A DNA stretch of 64,000 nt from Alphaproteobacteria bacterium (GTDB taxonomy: Bacteria; Pseudomonadota; Alphaproteobacteria; SHVV01), in NCBI GenBank assembly GCA_965261735.1, contig OZ253470.1, forward strand, positions 2,720,001 through 2,784,000, in the 5' to 3' direction. Below, piece by piece: positions 30,349-41,098 of this stretch (position 1 is its first letter; every line of letters begins with the position of its first letter). The notes beneath the pieces were generated by a model. The model had not been told where the DNA came from. It saw only the letters and a list, made by a program, of their open reading frames with translations, and searched no databases. The position numbers and the translations under genes were made by a program.

Positions 30349-31155
30349 TTAGCTCGCGAGTTCGCGCGCCCGTGTAGCCGCGGCCGCGACCGCGCGGGTC
30401 ATGAGCGGCTGCAGCCCGTCGGCCGCCATCAACACCTCGAGCGCGGCCTCGGTGGTGCCGCCGGGGCTGGTCACGTTACGGCGCAGCGCCGCGGCCTCGG
30501 CATCGTCGCGGTAGGCGAGTTCGCCGGCGCCCGTTACCGTGGCCCGCGCCAGGCGCATGGCGAGGTCGGCGGGGAGCCCGGCGGCCGCGCCGGCCCCGGC
30601 GAGGCACTCGATCAACAGGAAGACGTAGGCCGGCCCGCTCCCCGACGTCGCCGTCACCGCGTCCATCAGGCTCTCGTCGTCGACCCACACCACCTCGCCG
30701 ACGGCGGCGAGGAGGCCGCCGCAGGCGTCGCGCTCGGGGCCATCGACCCGCGAATTGGCGCAGGCGACGGCGATGCCGCGGTGGACCGCCGCCGGTGTGT
30801 TGGGCATCGCCCGGACCACCGCCGCCGCCCCGAGGTGGCGCTCGAGGCCGGCAATCGTCTGGCCCGCGGCGATCGACAGGAAGACTGCGCCCGATGCGAA
30901 TCGCCGGTAGGCCGGGAGCGCCGCCGCCATCGCCTGCGGCTTGATGGCGAAGACGACGATGTTGGCGCCGTGGTCGCTCTGCAGTTCGGCCACATCGCCG
31001 CACACCCGGACGCCAAGGGCGGCGGCACGGGCGCGGGCTTCGGCATCGGGTTCGACGATCGTTATGGCCGCGCCGGCGATGCCGTGGTCGAGCCATCCGG
31101 CGAGGAGTGCGCTCCCCATCTTGCCGCCGCCAACCAGCAGCGGCCGCACGCTCAT
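30349..31155 (-). CDS. proC: Pyrroline-5-carboxylate reductase
   Basis: GGGKMGSA, AIKPQ, SIAAG, RAMPNTP, SGSGPAY, VTSPGGTT. Confidence 0.95.
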   Translation of the reverse strand: MSVRPLLVGGGKMGSALLAGWLDHGIAGAAITIVEPDAEARARAAALGVRVCGDVAELQSDHGANIVVFAIKPQAMAAALPAYRRFASGAVFLSIAAGQTIAGLERHLGAAAVVRAMPNTPAAVHRGIAVACANSRVDGPERDACGGLLAAVGEVVWVDDESLMDAVTATSGSGPAYVFLLIECLAGAGAAAGLPADLAMRLARATVTGAGELAYRDDAEAAALRRNVTSPGGTTEAALEVLMAADGLQPLMTRAVAAAATRARELAS

Positions 31156-31649
31156 GCTTCGCCCTGGGTATCGAGAAGCGCCGCGGCGATGGCCTCGGCG
31201 GCCGGCTTGCCGCCCCAGATGACGAACTGGAACGCGGGGTAGTAGCGCTCGCACTCGGTCAGCGCGAGATCGATCAGCGTTTCGTACGGAGCCGCGGCGG
31301 CGTCCGGGAACAGCACCTGGGCGTGGCGGAACATCACCGTACCGTCGGCGAAATTGACCGCGAAGTGGCCCATCCAGATCGCTTCGTTGATGCGCGCCAA
31401 CAGGGCGCACACATTGGACTGTTTGGCCTCGGGCACCTTCATGTCGAAGCCACAGTAAAATTGCAGCACGCCGGGATCGTCGCGCCAGCCGAACCATAGT
31501 TGGTAGGGGCACCACCCGCCGTTGATCCCGACCATCAACTCCTGCTCGTTCGCACGGTCGAACGGCCAATCGTTTGCGGAGACCATCTCCTCGATGCGAT
31601 CGAGGGGATTGATCAGGGCCGGGCCGCCTGCGGTCGCGATCGACGCCAT
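31152..31649 (-). CDS. YbjN domain-containing protein
   Basis: NPLD..E, W.FDR, INE..WMGHF, ECERYYPAFQFV.W.G; conserved position upstream of proC. Confidence 0.8.
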   Translation of the reverse strand: MASIATAGGPALINPLDRIEEMVSANDWPFDRANEQELMVGINGGWCPYQLWFGWRDDPGVLQFYCGFDMKVPEAKQSNVCALLARINEAIWMGHFAVNFADGTVMFRHAQVLFPDAAAAPYETLIDLALTECERYYPAFQFVIWGGKPAAEAIAAALLDTQGEA

Positions 31650-31854
31650 GGCGGGTTCCTCCTCAAATGGGAAGTGCGGCTTGTCCTTGGGAAGGCCAGT
31701 GGAAAAGGCCCATGGGGCTCCGCCACCAAGCAAGATTTAGTATGGTCGCGTTAAACACACACTACAAAATGTACCGTGCCAGAGATAGGGCGGAGGCGCA
31801 ACCCCCCTTCTGGGGAGCGCCCGAGGCATCGCGTGGGCGGCCCGGCGGATCGGC

Positions 31855-32265
31855 TCAACGAGGCTTCCGGCCCCGCGTTCGAGGCTTGGGGGTGCCAGCT
31901 CGCGCCGGCGCCTTCTTGGCCGGACTCTTCTTCTTGGCCGGGGGCGCCCGCTTGGCGGCGGCAGCCTTGGACCGCGGCTCGCCGGCGGCAGCGCGCTTGG
32001 CGGCCCCGGCCTTCGGGCGTGCGCGCGGATCCCCCTCCAGCGCCTCGAGCCGCGCGGCTAGGGCCTCGTTTTCGGCGCGCGCCACCGCCGCCATGGCCTT
32101 CACGGCCTCGAACTCCTCGCGGGTGACGAGGTCCATGTTGGCGAGGATACGCTCGAACTGTTGACGCAGGCGCGTACTCACGTCGCCGCGCACGTTCTGC
32201 AGCGTCCCCACGACGCTCGCGGCGACGCGGGCGAAATCATCGAGAAATCGGTTGTCGGTCTGCAT
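31855..32265 (-). CDS. ubiK: Ubiquinone accessory factor UbiK/BMFP family, with Lys/Ala/Pro-rich tail
   Basis: MQTDNRFLDD, MDLVTREEFEAVKAMA..AR.ENE.L..RL..LE. Confidence 0.8.
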   Translation of the reverse strand: MQTDNRFLDDFARVAASVVGTLQNVRGDVSTRLRQQFERILANMDLVTREEFEAVKAMAAVARAENEALAARLEALEGDPRARPKAGAAKRAAAGEPRSKAAAAKRAPPAKKKSPAKKAPARAGTPKPRTRGRKPR

Positions 32266-32410
32266 CGTATGGCGCCCACGATACGGGCGATACCGGGTCG
32301 CGCGCAAGGCCCCGCCCGGCCCGCTTGGCGGCCCGGCTTGCGGCCGTGCCGGCGCGCGCCTATAACGAGACGCCCGACGCGTTATGCAAGCGCCGGCGCC
32401 GCAGGCCCCG

Positions 32411-33232
32411 ATGGTTGCGCTCGCTCCCCTGCCCGTCATCGCCTTCCCCGCCATCGACCCCGTGCTCATCGAGCTCGGGCCGTTTGCGATCCGCTGGTAC
32501 GCGCTCGCCTATATCGCCAGCCTGCTGCTGGGCTGGCGATACGTATCCCGCTTGGCGCGCCTCCCGGGCGCCGCCATGGACGGGCGCGAGGTCGATGAGT
32601 TTCTGGTGTGGGCGACCCTGGGCGTGGTGCTCGGCGGGCGCCTCGGCTTCGCGTTGTTCTACAACAGCGCCTACTACGCGGGCGACCCACTGGCACTCCT
32701 CATGATATGGCGCGGTGGCATGTCGTTTCATGGCGGCCTGCTCGGCGTCACCGCGGCGCTCGTCCTCTTCGCCTACCGCCGCCAACTCAACCTTCTCGGC
32801 ATCGCCGACCTCATTGCCTGCGCGACGCCCATCGGCCTGTTCCTCGGCCGCCTCGCCAACTTCGTCAACGGCGAGCTCTACGGTCGCGCGAGCGACGCGC
32901 CGTGGGCGATGGTGTTTCCCGCGGGCGGGCCGGCGCCGCGCCACCCGAGCCAGCTCTACGAGGCGGCGCTCGAGGGCCTCGCCCTGTTCGTGCTCTTGCG
33001 GTGGGTGTCGCGACGGCCCGCGCTGTTCGCGCGGCGCGGCCTGCTCACTGGCGCCTTCCTCGCGGGCTACGGCGTCGTACGGCCCGCTGGCGAGCTCTTC
33101 CGCGAGCCCGACGCGTATCTCGGCTTCCTGTTTGCCGGCGTCACCATAGGCCAGCTGCTGTCGCTGCCCCTGCTTATTGCGGGGGCCTATCTCATAGCGC
33201 GCGCCAAGCCCCAAGCCGGAGCCGCCGCGTGA
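32411..33232 (+). CDS. lgt: Prolipoprotein diacylglyceryl transferase
   Basis: IRWYALAY, GGRLG, GGMSFHGG, GRLANFVNGELYGR, HPSQLYEA, FREPD. Confidence 0.96.
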   Translation: MVALAPLPVIAFPAIDPVLIELGPFAIRWYALAYIASLLLGWRYVSRLARLPGAAMDGREVDEFLVWATLGVVLGGRLGFALFYNSAYYAGDPLALLMIWRGGMSFHGGLLGVTAALVLFAYRRQLNLLGIADLIACATPIGLFLGRLANFVNGELYGRASDAPWAMVFPAGGPAPRHPSQLYEAALEGLALFVLLRWVSRRPALFARRGLLTGAFLAGYGVVRPAGELFREPDAYLGFLFAGVTIGQLLSLPLLIAGAYLIARAKPQAGAAA

Positions 33233-34329
33233 GCGCCCTCGGCCGCGAGCTCGTGGCCCTCATTCGCGCCGAAGGGCCCATCAGCGTCGCCCGCTTCATG
33301 ACGGAAGCGCTCGCCCATCCGCGCCACGGCTACTACATGAGGGGCGATCCGCTGGGGCAGGAAGGCGATTTCATCACCGCTCCCGAGGTCAGCCAGGTTT
33401 TTGGCGAGCTCGTCGGCCTGTGGTGCGCGGAGCGTTGGGCCGCCATGGGTCGCCCGACGCACATCAAGCTCGTCGAACTCGGCCCAGGACGCGGCACGCT
33501 GATCGCCGACGCATGGCGCGCGATGGGCGCCCAGGCGGGTCTGCACGCGGCCATCGAGCTGCACCTGGTGGAGATCGGTCCGGCGCTGGTTGCGCGACAG
33601 CGCGACGCGCTCGCGCACGCGGCCCCGCCGGTCACGCCGGCTTGGCACGAGCATTTCGCCGCGGTGCCGCCCGGCCCGCTGCTGGTGATCGCGAACGAGT
33701 TCTTCGATGCGCTGCCCGTGCATCAGCTCCAGCGCACCCGCGCCGGCTGGTGCGAGCGTCGCATCGGCGCCTCGCCCGACGGCGAGCGCCTAGGCTTCGC
33801 CCTGGCGCCGGAACCGAGCGGCGGGAGGCTCGTCCGCGCCGACGCACGCGACGCGCCGCTCGGCAGCGTCTACGAGGCGAGCCTCGCCGGCCGGGCGCTG
33901 GCCGCCGACATCGGCGCGCGCGTGACCGAGTTCGGCGGCGCCGCGCTCGTTATCGACTGCGGCTACACCGACGGCGGCCCGCGCGAGACATTGCAGGCGG
34001 TGCGCCGTCACCGGGGTCACCCCGTGCTCGAGGCGCCGGGTTCGGCCGACGTCTGTGCGCTCGTTGATTTCGCGGCATTGGCTGAGGCGGCCACGGCGGC
34101 CGGCGCCCACGTGCATGGCCCCGTGGAGCAGGGTAAATTCCTGACCGCGCTCGGGGCCACGGCCCGCGTCGCCGCCCTCAAGAAGAGGGCGTGCCGGGGT
34201 CAGCTCGACGAGCTCGACGCCGCGCACGCACGTTTGACCGACCCAGCCGGGATGGGCAGCCTGTTCAAGGTCATGGCGATCACCGAGCGCGGCCAACCCG
34301 CGCCCGCCGGATTCGAGCGCGATGGCTAA
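33229..34329 (+). CDS. SAM-dependent methyltransferase, MidA/NDUFAF7 family
   Basis: GYY, GDFITAPEVSQVFGE, VELGPGRGTL, ANEFFDALP, MGSLFKV. Confidence 0.9.
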   Translation: MSALGRELVALIRAEGPISVARFMTEALAHPRHGYYMRGDPLGQEGDFITAPEVSQVFGELVGLWCAERWAAMGRPTHIKLVELGPGRGTLIADAWRAMGAQAGLHAAIELHLVEIGPALVARQRDALAHAAPPVTPAWHEHFAAVPPGPLLVIANEFFDALPVHQLQRTRAGWCERRIGASPDGERLGFALAPEPSGGRLVRADARDAPLGSVYEASLAGRALAADIGARVTEFGGAALVIDCGYTDGGPRETLQAVRRHRGHPVLEAPGSADVCALVDFAALAEAATAAGAHVHGPVEQGKFLTALGATARVAALKKRACRGQLDELDAAHARLTDPAGMGSLFKVMAITERGQPAPAGFERDG

Positions 34330-35107
34330 AGGGCGGCTTTGCGTCCGCGGCGCGTCGCTGAGCGAGGTCGCGGTCGCGCGCCATGGCTTCTCCACCCGCG
34401 TCGGCGGCGTCTCCGAGGGCGACTACGAATCGCTCAACTGCGGCCTCGAATCGGGCGATCGGCCCGAGCGTGTGGTCGTGAACCGCGCACGCGCCGCGCG
34501 CGACGTCGACGCGGACGCTGGAGCCCTGTGCACCGCGCGCCAGCACCATGGAACCACCGTCGTCACCGTGCACGAGGCCTGGGCGGACGCGGCGCGGCCT
34601 CCCGCCGATGCCTTGGTAACGGCGGTCCCCAGCTTGGCGCTCGGCGTGCTTACCGCCGACTGCGCGCCCGTACTGCTAGCGGAACCGGACGCCCGCGTGA
34701 TCGGCGCCGTTCACGCCGGCTGGCGCGGTGCCCTCGGGGGCGTCATCGAGGCCGCCGTGGTGGCGATGGCGCGGCTCGGGGCCCGGCCGCAGCGTATCGT
34801 CGCCGCCGTCGGCCCCTGCATCGCGCAGGCTTCCTATGAGGTAGGGCCCGAGTTTCCGGCCCCCTTCCTTGCCGATGACCCGGCCGCGGCGGCGCTGTTC
34901 GTGCCGGCTGCGAAGGACGGCCACTTCAGGTTCGATCTCGCGGCCTACGTGGCGCGTCGGCTCGCGGCGGCCGGCATAGCGACGATCGAGAACCTCGGCC
35001 TCGACACCTGCACCGAGGAGGCGCGTTTCTTCAGCTATCGCCGGGCCCGGCAGCGCCGCCAGCAGCGCTTCGGCCTCGGCCTCTCGGCCATCGTGTTGGC
35101 GCCATGA
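34322..35107 (+). CDS. pgeF: Purine nucleoside phosphorylase / peptidoglycan editing factor PgeF (YfiH)
   Basis: HGFSTR.GGVS, ADALVT, TADCAPVL, HAGWRG, GPCI, FFSYRR. Confidence 0.92.
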   Translation: MAKGRLCVRGASLSEVAVARHGFSTRVGGVSEGDYESLNCGLESGDRPERVVVNRARAARDVDADAGALCTARQHHGTTVVTVHEAWADAARPPADALVTAVPSLALGVLTADCAPVLLAEPDARVIGAVHAGWRGALGGVIEAAVVAMARLGARPQRIVAAVGPCIAQASYEVGPEFPAPFLADDPAAAALFVPAAKDGHFRFDLAAYVARRLAAAGIATIENLGLDTCTEEARFFSYRRARQRRQQRFGLGLSAIVLAP

Positions 35108-35186
35108 CCGGGGCAGGCTGATGCCTTATGCATGGATGTTTCTCGCCTTTCTGTTCCTCGGCCTGCTCGCGACCTGCGCCCTCTAG

Positions 35187-36833
35187 GAGCGTGCGCCGTA
35201 GAAGTTTTGATGTTGGGCGATTGGCGCGCGGCCGCCGGAGAGGTGGGATTTTGGCCCGAGTGTGGATATCTGGCCCGCCCGACTCTGGGATGGAAATCCC
35301 AGACCGGAAGGCCGGAAGGGAAGAGATTCGCGTTTCATACGCGGTCGATGGGCACTGCGCGCCCCGGATCAAGTGCGTTGGCAGGCCAGCACCTGCCTCA
35401 GCACGTGGCCACCGTCCCCATCCGCTTGATGTTCAACGCCAAGCACACGAGGTCCCACTCGCCGCGCACCTTCGCCAAGCCTCGCAGGCTGAATCGTCGG
35501 AATCCGAGCACCTCCTTGATCCACCCGTTCGGCGCCTCCGAGAGCCACTTGCGTTGCGCGTACCGGGCTTTGCCCGCGGGGCTCGCCAGTTTCTCACCCA
35601 TGCGGTGCGTGGCAGGGAGCCGGGCCGGGTCGACCGCCACCTGGGACTTGCCTTCACGCCCCAGCGCTACGTGCGCGTCGATGCCGCGATCTTCCAGCTC
35701 CAACAGATCCGGCTCGTTGCAGTAGCCCGCATCGGCCAGTACCACCGCAGGCTCGACCCCAAACGTCTCGTTGATCTCGTCGAGCATCCCCACCAGCTGA
35801 CCCTGGTCGCTGGCCTGTGGCCCCACCTGAGTCGCGACGATGATCTGGTGCTCCCCATCGACCGCCATCTGCGCGTTGTAGCACTGCTGGAACCCCTCGC
35901 TGCTGGTCTTCATGATCTGGCTCTCGGGATCGGTGAAATTGCTCTGCGCCTTCGGCTCGGGCTCGCCGTAGGCCCGCTTGTAAGGCCGCCCGCCCCGGGG
36001 ATTGCGGTCCTGCCCCGGCTCGCGCCCGCGCTCATCGTCGCGCCCGCGTTGCGCCGCCTCCAAACGCGCTTTGGCTGCCTGGATCGCCGCCAGGCGCTTC
36101 TCCCTGCGTTGCAACTCCTCGGGCAACTCGTCGCCCCGGAAATCCTCGCCCCAACGCTCGTCTTCTTCGGCGTCCACCATCCCCGCCGTCGTCAGCAGCG
36201 CCTCGATCTCCGCCTGCAAGCGAGCCGCCTCTTTGCCCATCCGCTCATAGCTCATCGCCTTGCGCTTGCTCGCGTTCGCTCGCACCTTCGTCCCGTCGAC
36301 CGAGAGCTTGCCGAACCGCGCCAGTCCCATCTCGCGCGCCACCTGCACCACCCCCACAAACAGCTCGCTGAACTCCGCCAGATGTCGGCGTCGGAACTCA
36401 CATACCGTGCGATGTTGCGGGAAGTTGCCCGCCGCGAGCATCCTAAACGCTACATCCTCCTCCAGCTTCCTCGCCACCGCGCGCGAGGAGAATGTGCCCG
36501 TCGCGTAGGCATAGATCAGCACCTTGACCATCATCGACGGCTCGTAGGGGGCGTTGCGTCGACCGTCCCCCTCGTAGGGCGCATAGAACGCCGTCAAGTC
36601 CAGTGCATCGACCACATCGCTGACGTGATGAGCCAGGTGCCCTGGGGAAACCCACTCCTGCAAGTCCGGCGGCAAAAGCAAGGGTTGGTCCGGCTGGTAG
36701 GCACGAAACGTGGTCGGCATCGGGAGTTCCCACACGCAACTGGCGTATCGGATCATACTTCCCCCTGCGCAAATCCACCCACAACCCGTCCGCTATCAAC
36801 TTTGCCGCGCGGACCTTTCTGCGGCGCACGCTC
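35187..36833 (-). mobile_element. IS1182-family insertion sequence; transposase 35398-36720
   Basis: TIR GAGCGTGCGCCG(T/C)AGAA at both ends; 4-bp TSD CTAG (35183-35186, 36834-36837); DGTKVRANAS, NFTDPES, YNAQ, LADAGY motifs. Confidence 0.93.
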
Positions 36834-36961
36834 CTAGGGCGGGTGAAGGCCCCATTTACAGGTCGGAGCGCCCTTGTTACAGTCCGCCGCGCCAGCGCGA
36901 GCATACGATCTCATCGTGCGCCTGAGCGACGCCGGCAGCCCACATCGAGAAGGACGCGCGG

Positions 36962-37894
<933 letters not shown>

Positions 37895-37936
37895 CGGCGC
37901 GGCTTCGGCACGTTTGAGCAAGGTGGAGGAAGGGCA

Positions 37937-38605
37937 ATGGACGAGGTAGTAGCGATCACGGCGCAACCGCGCGATTCCGCCGGGCGCGGCGTATCGCGCG
38001 CGCTCCGGCGGGCGGGGCGAATTCCCGCAATTGTTTACGGCGGCGACCAGAACAACCTGCTGGTGTCGGTCGAGCTGCGCCAGCTCGCGCGCGAGATCCA
38101 TCGCGGCGGCTTCGGCAACCGGCTCTACGACGTCGAGATCGCCGGCGAAAAGCATCGCGTGCTGCCGCGCGAGTTGCAGGTCGATCCGGTCACCGACGTG
38201 CCCGTCCACGTCGACTTTCTACGCCTCTCGGGAGCCGCCCGTGTGAACCTCATGGTACCGATGGTCTTTATCGATGAGGAGGGATCGCCCGGCCTGAAGC
38301 GTGGCGGCGTGCTCAACGTCGTGCGCTACGATGTCGAGTTCGAGTGCCGCGCCGACGCCATTCCGCAAAGCATCGTGGTCTCACTCGACGGCCTCGATAT
38401 CGGCGACAGCGTGCATATCCGCGACGTCACCCTGCCCGAAGGGGTGCGACCGACCATCTCCGATCGCAACTTCACCGTGGCGACCATCGCGGCACCGACC
38501 GTCCAGGTCGAGGAGGAGGTCGAGGAAGTCGAGGAGGAGGAAGGCATCGAGGGCGAAGCCGTCGAGGGCGAGGGCGAGGCCGAGGCCGAATCGGCGGAAG
38601 AATAG
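37937..38605 (+). CDS. rplY: 50S ribosomal protein L25/Ctc
   Basis: SRALRRAGRIPAIVYG, Q.DPV...HVDF, SPGLKRGG, IGDSVH; acidic tail. Confidence 0.95.
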   Translation: MDEVVAITAQPRDSAGRGVSRALRRAGRIPAIVYGGDQNNLLVSVELRQLAREIHRGGFGNRLYDVEIAGEKHRVLPRELQVDPVTDVPVHVDFLRLSGAARVNLMVPMVFIDEEGSPGLKRGGVLNVVRYDVEFECRADAIPQSIVVSLDGLDIGDSVHIRDVTLPEGVRPTISDRNFTVATIAAPTVQVEEEVEEVEEEEGIEGEAVEGEGEAEAESAEE

Positions 38606-38614
38606 GCGCGCCCC

Positions 38615-39223
38615 ATGCTCTGTTTCGTCGGGCTCGGCAATCCCGGGCCCGAGCACGCCCGCAACCGCCACAACATCGGCTTCATGGCGCTCGACGCGAT
38701 CGCCCATCGCTACGGGTTCGCGAGCTTTCGCGCACGCTTTCACGGCCTCCTCGCCCAGGGCACCATCGGTGGACGCTCGTGCTTCGCCTTCAAGCCGGTG
38801 ACCTACATGAACCGTTCGGGCATAGCCGTCGGCGCGCTGGTACGGTTTTTCCGTATTCCGCTCGGCGAGGTCGTCGTCTTCCATGACGAGATCGACCTCG
38901 CACCCGGCAAGGTGCGGGCCAAGCGCGGCGGCGGCAACGCCGGGCACAACGGATTGCGCAGTCTCGACGCCCACCTCGGTCCCGGCTACCGGCGCGTCCG
39001 CCTCGGCGTGGGCCATCCGGGCGAGAAGGACCGGGTTCATGGCCACGTCCTCAAGAACTTCGGTAAGGCGGAAGGCGTGTGGGTCGAACCGTTGATCGAT
39101 GCGGTCGCCGAGGCGGCGCCGCTGCTCGCGCTCGGCGACGACCCCGGCTTCATGACCCGGGTCGCGCTGCTCACCCAGCCACCAAAGAAAGAACCGCGGG
39201 CCGAAGCCGAAGTCGGCGCCTGA
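38615..39223 (+). CDS. pth: Peptidyl-tRNA hydrolase
   Basis: VGLGNPG, RHNIGF, KP.TYMN.SG, HDEID, GHNGLRS. Confidence 0.96.
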   Translation: MLCFVGLGNPGPEHARNRHNIGFMALDAIAHRYGFASFRARFHGLLAQGTIGGRSCFAFKPVTYMNRSGIAVGALVRFFRIPLGEVVVFHDEIDLAPGKVRAKRGGGNAGHNGLRSLDAHLGPGYRRVRLGVGHPGEKDRVHGHVLKNFGKAEGVWVEPLIDAVAEAAPLLALGDDPGFMTRVALLTQPPKKEPRAEAEVGA

Positions 39224-39239
39224 GCCGCGGGCCGGCGCC

Positions 39240-40337
39240 ATGGGGTTTCGCTGCGGCATCGTAGGGCTGCCCAACGCCGGCAAGTCGACGCTGTTCAACG
39301 CACTCGCCGGTAGCGCGGCGGCGGCGACCGCGGCCTACCCCTTCTCGACGATCGAGCCCAACCTGGCCCGCGTTCCCGTACCCGATGACCGGCTCGAGGC
39401 GGTGGCACGGGTCGCGCACTCGAGGCGCATCGTCCCCGCCCATCTCGACATCGTCGACATCGCCGGCCTGGTGCGCGGTGCGAGCCGGGGCGAGGGACTA
39501 GGCAACCGGTTCCTTACCCACATCCGCGAAGTCGACGCGCTGATCCATGTACTGCGCTGTTTCGAGGATGCCGAGGTGTCCCACGCGACGGGCCCAGTCG
39601 ATCCCGTGGGCGACGCCGAGATCGTTGAAGCCGAGCTGCTGCTCGCCGATCTCGAGCGTCTCGAGCGGCGCATCGCGGACTACACCAAGAAGGCGCGCGG
39701 CGGTGATGGGGAGGCGCGCACGGCGCTGGTGGTGGCCGAGCGCGCACTGGAGGAGATCGGTGCCGGCAGGCCGGCGCGCGGCATCGCCGTACCTGCCAGC
39801 GAAGAGAAAGCCTACGCCGAGCTCCAGCTGCTGACCGCCAAGCCTGTGCTTTACGTATGCAATATCGGTGAGGGCGATTTGCCGGGCAACGAGCTATCGC
39901 GGCACGGTGAGGCTTGGGCGCGCGAGGCGGGGTCGCCGGCTCTCGTGATCTCGGCGGCGGTCGAGGCCGAAGTGGCGCGGCTCGACGAGAAAGCGGAGCG
40001 CATCGCCTATTTGCAGGCGATAGGGCTCGCGGCGGCCGGCCTCGATCGCATTATCCGCGCTGGTTACGCGCTCCTCGACTACATCACGTTCTTTACCGCT
40101 AACGACAAGGAGGCGCGCGCCTGGCCGCTACCGCGTGGGGCGAGCGCGCGCGATGCGGCTGGGCGGGTACACAGCGACTTTGCGCGCGCCTTCATCCGCG
40201 CGGAGACCATTTCCTTCGATGACTTTCTCGCCTGCGGCGGCGAGACCGGCGCACGCGAGGCCGGAAAAATGCGCAGCGAGGGCCGCGATTACGTGGTCGC
40301 CGACGGCGACCTCCTGCTGTTTCGCGCCAACCCCTAG
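39240..40337 (+). CDS. ychF: Ribosome-binding ATPase YchF
   Basis: GIVGLPN.GKSTLFN, YPF.TIEPN, DIAGLV.GAS.GEGLGN.FL, FIRAE; follows pth. Confidence 0.92.
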   Translation: MGFRCGIVGLPNAGKSTLFNALAGSAAAATAAYPFSTIEPNLARVPVPDDRLEAVARVAHSRRIVPAHLDIVDIAGLVRGASRGEGLGNRFLTHIREVDALIHVLRCFEDAEVSHATGPVDPVGDAEIVEAELLLADLERLERRIADYTKKARGGDGEARTALVVAERALEEIGAGRPARGIAVPASEEKAYAELQLLTAKPVLYVCNIGEGDLPGNELSRHGEAWAREAGSPALVISAAVEAEVARLDEKAERIAYLQAIGLAAAGLDRIIRAGYALLDYITFFTANDKEARAWPLPRGASARDAAGRVHSDFARAFIRAETISFDDFLACGGETGAREAGKMRSEGRDYVVADGDLLLFRANP

Positions 40338-40417
40338 CCTCCTACCGCCTCGCCGCCTGTCGCACGCGCCCCTGCACGATGCTATAGTGGCGGCAAAACT
40401 CACTGAAAGGGAGGGTC

Positions 40418-41086
40418 ATGGGCGAACACATCACATTGAAGGCGGACGACGGCTTCGAGCTCGGCGGCTACGAGGCCAAGCCGACGGGCGAGACGAAGGG
40501 TCGCGTCGTCGTGATCCAGGAGATCTTCGGCGTCAACCAGCACATCCGCAACGTCTGCGACCGTTATACCAACGCGGGATACCGGGCCGTGGCACCCGCC
40601 ATCTACGACCGCGCCCAACGTGGCTTCGAGTCAGGCTACGACGAGCAGGGTATGGATCAGGGGCGGGCGGTGCGCGCCGAGCTCGACATCGACAAGGTGG
40701 TGCTCGACGTCAAGGCGGCGGCCGACTATCTCGGTAACCCCGGCGAGGTCGGTGTCATCGGCTTCTGCTTCGGCGGGCTGGTGACGTGGCTCGCGGCGTG
40801 CCGCCTCGACATGGCGTGCGCGGCGAGCTACTACGGCGGCTCGATCGCGGCGCATGCCGACGAAAACCCGAAATGCCCGACGATCTGTCATTTCGGCGAG
40901 ACCGACCACGCCATTCCGCTGACGGACGTGGAGATCGTGCGCTCGAAGCACCCCGAGGTCGGCGTTTACGTCTACGAGGGTGCGGGCCACGGCTTCGTCT
41001 GCGACGAGCGGGCGAGCTTCGATGCCGGTGCGGAGGCCAAGGCCAAGGAGCGCACGCTGGCGCTGTTCGCCCAGCACCTGAAGTAG
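40418..41086 (+). CDS. Dienelactone hydrolase family protein
   Basis: QEIFGVN.HIR, GFCFGG, YYG, AGHGF. Confidence 0.92.
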   Translation: MGEHITLKADDGFELGGYEAKPTGETKGRVVVIQEIFGVNQHIRNVCDRYTNAGYRAVAPAIYDRAQRGFESGYDEQGMDQGRAVRAELDIDKVVLDVKAAADYLGNPGEVGVIGFCFGGLVTWLAACRLDMACAASYYGGSIAAHADENPKCPTICHFGETDHAIPLTDVEIVRSKHPEVGVYVYEGAGHGFVCDERASFDAGAEAKAKERTLALFAQHLK

Positions 41087-41098
41087 CGGGATCAGCGC

